Shown here: piece after piece, positions 21,865 through 25,960 of the stretch | How the letters are laid out: every line of letters starts with the position of its first letter | How positions within the stretch are numbered: the stretch's first letter is position 1 | Assembly (NCBI GenBank): GCA_043736035.1 | Contig: JAYTDF010000039.1 | Coordinates: 1-25,960, forward strand | From: Candidatus Parcubacteria bacterium | Lineage (GTDB): Bacteria; Patescibacteriota; Minisyncoccia; Phycocordibacterales; CAIZLB01 | Direction of reading: 5' to 3' | DNA length: 25,960 nt | Position numbers and translations under genes: made by a program | Notes under the pieces: model-generated | Told to the model about the DNA's origin: nothing | Databases searched by the model: none | What the model saw: the letters and a program-made list of their open reading frames with translations, nothing else

Positions 21865-23244
21865 CTAGGCTATAGTATATGTTAATATCCCATCCTTTTC
21901 TTCACATAGCATTACTTTTTCATGAGCACCTAGTCCTACAGAATCTTTAATCTCCATAACCGTTCCTGTTGTAGCCAGTACTGGTAATAATCCATATCCG
22001 AGACACATATTTCTAAAATCCATAATATCTGATGCTCCAGCATATACAGTTGCGGTTGGATGATAGGCAGAAATAGCTTTATTGGCTTCTAATGAGATCT
22101 TTGTGACTATCGCTGTAACATGTTCCGCTACTGCTTTTGCGACAACGTCCTTTGCCCACAGATATACAGGAGAAGTTGAAACTGGCTCTGCTGTAAAATG
22201 AACAAGCTCGGCTCTTTTATCTTCAGTGTATTTCATAATACGATGCATCACATTTGTAGCCTCAAGAGGATAATCACCAAATGCTGTTTCATCACTCATA
22301 GAGATACCATGAGTTCCGTCGAGTACTGCATTAGCAACATCACACACCTCAGCCCTTGTTGGAGACGGATTTTTAACCATATTTTTCAAAACTTGAGTTG
22401 CAACGATACAATACTTCCCTTTCTTCAAAGTTGATTCAACCATTTTCTTTTGCATATAAGGAAGCTCTTCAAGTGGAACTTCGGCCATAAGATCACCCCG
22501 TGCGACCATAAGTCCATCACAATTATCAAGAATAATGTCTCTATTATCAAAACCTTCACGGTTTTCAATCTTAGCAATAATCTTGCCTTTATACTCTGGA
22601 TATTCTTTTAATATTTCTTTAATATCATTTAAATCTTGTACATTACGAACAAATGAGTGAATGATAAAGTCAATATTATTTTTTGCACAAAAATGAATAA
22701 AACCTACATCTTTTGGAGTTAAAGATGGAAGATTAATGTGTACATTGGGAACATTTAAACTTTTTTTACTTTTAATAAGTCCATCATTTTTTACAACACA
22801 TTTTATACCATTTGAAACAACTTCCTCTACAATAAATGAAATAGAGTTATCATCATAACTAATAAGTTCCCCTACAGGTATTTCATTGTGAAAATTTGGA
22901 TAATCAACACCAATAATATTTTCGCCTAACTGCCCAGTAATTTGAGACAGATCACCAGTAAATACAACATGGTCACCTTTTTTAATCTCAAATGGTATTT
23001 CAATGCCTTTTGTGCGAGTTTCAGGGCCTTTTGTATCAAGTAAGATACACATCTTTTGATCAGAAACTGATCGAATGGTATTTACAACTCCCATAGCCTC
23101 TTCCTCACCTTGATGAGCTGTATTCAACCACATTACATCAACTCCAGCTTCAATAAGTGAAGTTAGATATTCTGGAGCAGCATTATTGTCTGCAATTTTT
23201 GCTATAATTTTGGATTTGCGCCCATGTACTTGTGATTGAATCAT
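21865..23244 (-). CDS. pyk: Pyruvate kinase (divergent active site)
   Basis: DTKGPE.RT, AKIEN.EG, DG.MVARGDL, ATQ, PTRAEV.DVANAVLDG. Confidence 0.85.
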   Translation of the reverse strand: MIQSQVHGRKSKIIAKIADNNAAPEYLTSLIEAGVDVMWLNTAHQGEEEAMGVVNTIRSVSDQKMCILLDTKGPETRTKGIEIPFEIKKGDHVVFTGDLSQITGQLGENIIGVDYPNFHNEIPVGELISYDDNSISFIVEEVVSNGIKCVVKNDGLIKSKKSLNVPNVHINLPSLTPKDVGFIHFCAKNNIDFIIHSFVRNVQDLNDIKEILKEYPEYKGKIIAKIENREGFDNRDIILDNCDGLMVARGDLMAEVPLEELPYMQKKMVESTLKKGKYCIVATQVLKNMVKNPSPTRAEVCDVANAVLDGTHGISMSDETAFGDYPLEATNVMHRIMKYTEDKRAELVHFTAEPVSTSPVYLWAKDVVAKAVAEHVTAIVTKISLEANKAISAYHPTATVYAGASDIMDFRNMCLGYGLLPVLATTGTVMEIKDSVGLGAHEKVMLCEEKDGILTYTIA

Positions 23245-23322
23245 ATTGTTTTACGTTTTTTATTTTTATTTTATATATATTTTAGAGACATTATAGTAAC
23301 ATAAGTTTAGTAAAATTACCAC

Positions 23323-25095
23323 TTATCTATCAGCAGGGATTGCATAATATTGAATCAGAAAATCACTTAAATCAAGAAACGGATTAGCCAATGACTCTGA
23401 CGCATACCTTGAAACTTTTGGGTCAACAGTATACATAAAGACTACAAACTTTGGTTGATAGGCTGGAAAGAAACCGATAAATGTATGTATGTTTTTACCT
23501 TCAATGTACCCTCCATTTTGTGAAGCAATTTGTGCTGTACCAGTTTTAGCACCAATAGTATATCTTGGATTTTTTCGTGATCCATTGAGTAAAGAATTGT
23601 CAACGTTATATACAAGCATGGCTCTAATCTCATCGATAGTTGATTGCTTGAGCATGGCCTTTTTTACCTCTATTGGTTCTATTTTTGTCTCACTCGTATT
23701 TCCTATTTCGTACTTTATCTTACTTACCACATGCGGATTTATTACATAACCTCCATTTATAATAACTGACAGTGCTCTAATAGTCCCGATCGGACTCATG
23801 GCTATACCTTGACCAAAAGAAATGGTAGCATGTTCCACGTCACCCTTATCTAGGTTATTTGTAAGTGGTGAAGATTCGTTTGGTAAATCAATATTTGTTT
23901 TTTCTCTCATACCAAAACTTGTAAAATATTTTGACATTGCATCATTACCGATTAACTGGGCCACATGAACAAAACCTGTATTTAATGATTGTGATAGCGC
24001 TGTTTGCATTGTGATCATACCTCTACCCTTTTTATCGAAGTTATACATAGTTCTGTCTCGAACTTTTATAAAACCCATATCATTATACGTTGAATCAGCA
24101 TGAACCTTACCTGTATCGATACCTACCGACATCGTAAGCGGTTTAATGATAGACCCCATTTCATATGAACTTTCAACTATATCATTTTTATAGTTTGAAA
24201 TGTCATAATCTTTTCCGTCCGCATGAGAAAATGTTGGAACCTTAGCCATGGCAACTATTTCTCCCGTATACGGATTCATAATAATCGCCCCTGTTAGCTC
24301 CGAACTCTGTTTATTATTTATTTCCATCAATTTTTTTTCTAACTCTTTTTGAACAATTGGCTCAATAGTTGTATATACATTGCCTTCAAGCTGGTCTCGA
24401 TTTGAAATTACTTTTTTTGCTCCGGAAAATAAGTCAACAAAAAAATTACTGTAGGCTTTGTCGTTTCGAGCCAATGTATTTTCATATTGTTTTTCTAATC
24501 CATATCGTCCAGCTAAGACATCACCTTTAAAACCTAATGTTCCGATGACATTGGATGCAAGCTCGTTTCCAGGATAAAATCTTTTTTTCTCCTTACCTAA
24601 ACCTAAAAATTCAAGTTTTAAATCTTTAACACGTATCTGCTGATCATCATTCAAACCTTTAACTAATTCAAAATACACATCATTTCTTTTATCTTTTACT
24701 TTTGCTATTTTTAGATTGAGATCGGTAATATTTTCACTCTTCATTTTCAGAATATCTATTACCTTTATTTTTAAATCTCCTAAGATTTCATCTTCAGACT
24801 TATTTGTGATATTTTTATCAGATTTTACAAACGTATAAAAGGATTTAGGATTGATGTAAAGTGTATACTCTTCCTGCATAGTCGCAGCAACGATGTATGT
24901 TCCATCTTTTTTTGTAAAGTATATATCTCCTCGGTCATTTATATTTGAATTCTTTTTTATATACTGTCTGTCACCTAGGTTCAAATAATTTTCATGATTA
25001 GCAACTTGAACGACATATAATTTTATTATCAATATCAAAGCGACAGAGATAAATATCAAAGATAATACTCTGATCCTTTTAGCAAAAGTAATCAT
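23323..25095 (-). CDS. ftsI: Class B penicillin-binding protein (FtsI/PBP3-type)
   Basis: N-terminal TM helix, RGDIY, G..GLEKQY, YEMGSIIKP (SxxK), SLN (SxN), KTGTAQ; located after rsmH-ftsL. Confidence 0.9.
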   Translation of the reverse strand: MITFAKRIRVLSLIFISVALILIIKLYVVQVANHENYLNLGDRQYIKKNSNINDRGDIYFTKKDGTYIVAATMQEEYTLYINPKSFYTFVKSDKNITNKSEDEILGDLKIKVIDILKMKSENITDLNLKIAKVKDKRNDVYFELVKGLNDDQQIRVKDLKLEFLGLGKEKKRFYPGNELASNVIGTLGFKGDVLAGRYGLEKQYENTLARNDKAYSNFFVDLFSGAKKVISNRDQLEGNVYTTIEPIVQKELEKKLMEINNKQSSELTGAIIMNPYTGEIVAMAKVPTFSHADGKDYDISNYKNDIVESSYEMGSIIKPLTMSVGIDTGKVHADSTYNDMGFIKVRDRTMYNFDKKGRGMITMQTALSQSLNTGFVHVAQLIGNDAMSKYFTSFGMREKTNIDLPNESSPLTNNLDKGDVEHATISFGQGIAMSPIGTIRALSVIINGGYVINPHVVSKIKYEIGNTSETKIEPIEVKKAMLKQSTIDEIRAMLVYNVDNSLLNGSRKNPRYTIGAKTGTAQIASQNGGYIEGKNIHTFIGFFPAYQPKFVVFMYTVDPKVSRYASESLANPFLDLSDFLIQYYAIPADR

Positions 25096-25403
25096 TATCG
25101 TATAGCCAGTTCGCTATTATCTTTTATATTAAAATAAGCTATGCGGTCTTCTGTGTTTTTTTGATACCCAAGAGATATTGCTTTATCTAAATCAATAGAA
25201 GAAACTTGCCCAATATATTGAAATTCTTTTTGATTTATAGTTGCAGTGAGCACACTTACTTTTTTATTATTTATTTCAGTGTCTGATGCGAGAACAACTG
25301 TTTTATATATACATATGATATAAGAAAAAACCAACATAACAACCAATGATGCGGCACTTAATGTATATATATTTTTTGATTTGTTATTTTGTATCTTTTT
25401 CAT
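25095..25403 (-). CDS. Small bitopic coiled-coil protein, positional FtsL
   Basis: Basic N-terminus, one TM helix and a heptad-like stretch, located between rsmH and ftsI. Call rests on synteny. Confidence 0.55.
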   Translation of the reverse strand: MKKIQNNKSKNIYTLSAASLVVMLVFSYIICIYKTVVLASDTEINNKKVSVLTATINQKEFQYIGQVSSIDLDKAISLGYQKNTEDRIAYFNIKDNSELAIR

Positions 25404-25960
25404 TTTTTTCTTTTTTAAATATTCGAAGTTTTGCGGAGCGAGATTTGGGATTACTCTTTATCTCTGTATCCGACGGTATGATAATTTTTTTATTTAAACG
25501 TCTACCCTGTCCTTCTGTTTCTAGTTTTTTAAAATAATGTTTAACGATTATGTCTTCTAAACTGTGGTAACTGATTACCGCAATGCGACCACCGTCAGTC
25601 AATACGTCCAATGCCCCTTGCAACCCTTTATCAAGAACCTGTAATTCAGCATTGACGGCAATACGGATAGCTTGAAATGTTTTTGTTGCGGGATGAATTT
25701 TACCCTTTTTACCTTTGAAAACCTGATGTTCAATAATATCTGCCAATTCTCCGGACGTTTCTATTTTCTTATTCTCTCGCACCTCTGCAATTTTGTTTGC
25801 GATGCGCCATGCTGATTTCTCATCAGCATATTGTCTAAGAATGAGGCAAATATTTTCAATAGACCAGAAATTGACAATGTCATACGCCGTAAGTTCCCCT
25901 TCAGTTGCAGGTAAGGTAGAGAATCGCATATCCAACTTTTCATCGAACTTAAATGAAAAT
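25384..25960 (-). CDS. rsmH: 16S rRNA (cytosine1402-N4)-methyltransferase, 5'-truncated by the window edge
   Basis: FSF..DEKLDMRF, YADEK.AWRIA, HPATKTFQAIRIAVNAEL, VISYHSLED, NPKSRSAKLR. Frame is open to 25960. Confidence 0.97.
   Translation of the reverse strand, partial: FSFKFDEKLDMRFSTLPATEGELTAYDIVNFWSIENICLILRQYADEKSAWRIANKIAEVRENKKIETSGELADIIEHQVFKGKKGKIHPATKTFQAIRIAVNAELQVLDKGLQGALDVLTDGGRIAVISYHSLEDIIVKHYFKKLETEGQGRRLNKKIIIPSDTEIKSNPKSRSAKLRIFKKEKNEKDTK

Noticed and set aside
1-25960. Recoded genetic code 25 (TGA=Gly), given the scarcity of TGA stops
   Set aside because: Long Gly-rich genes (uvrA, uvrB, leuS, ftsZ) are uninterrupted under code 11, so TGA is not used as a sense codon.

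Overview
AT-rich, gene-dense bacterial chromosomal window using genetic code 11. It is most consistent with a reduced Patescibacteria/CPR (Parcubacteria-like) genome; this is inferred from composition, missing Shine-Dalgarno sites, gene content and divergent housekeeping proteins. Core genes: yqeY, a GNAT, leuS, rpsU, ybeY, ftsA, ftsZ, trxB, efp, uvrA, uvrB, dedA, rsmI, radC, pyk and rsmH-ftsL-ftsI. Accessory genes: a Zn-ribbon hypothetical, a DNPH1/Rcl-like N-hydrolase, an orphan PemK/MazF-like toxin, a repeat plus peptidoglycan-binding surface protein, a small BECR-like RNase candidate, a HAD/PlsC pair, and a two-gene insert between uvrB and uvrA. The most interesting signal: after 8871 every credible gene is on the minus strand, yet two near-consensus plus-strand sigma70 promoters (9303-9330 and 11526-11553) each point into a non-coding, hairpin-rich segment that converges on the 3' end of an orphan RNase-toxin-like gene. 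These are candidate toxin/small-RNA modules. Also notable: near-universal leaderless gene architecture, an EF-P with Met at the Lys34 position, and degenerate motifs in LeuRS-CP1, FtsA and pyruvate kinase. All protein calls are by-eye motif recognition and all RNA folds are by hand; no searches were run.
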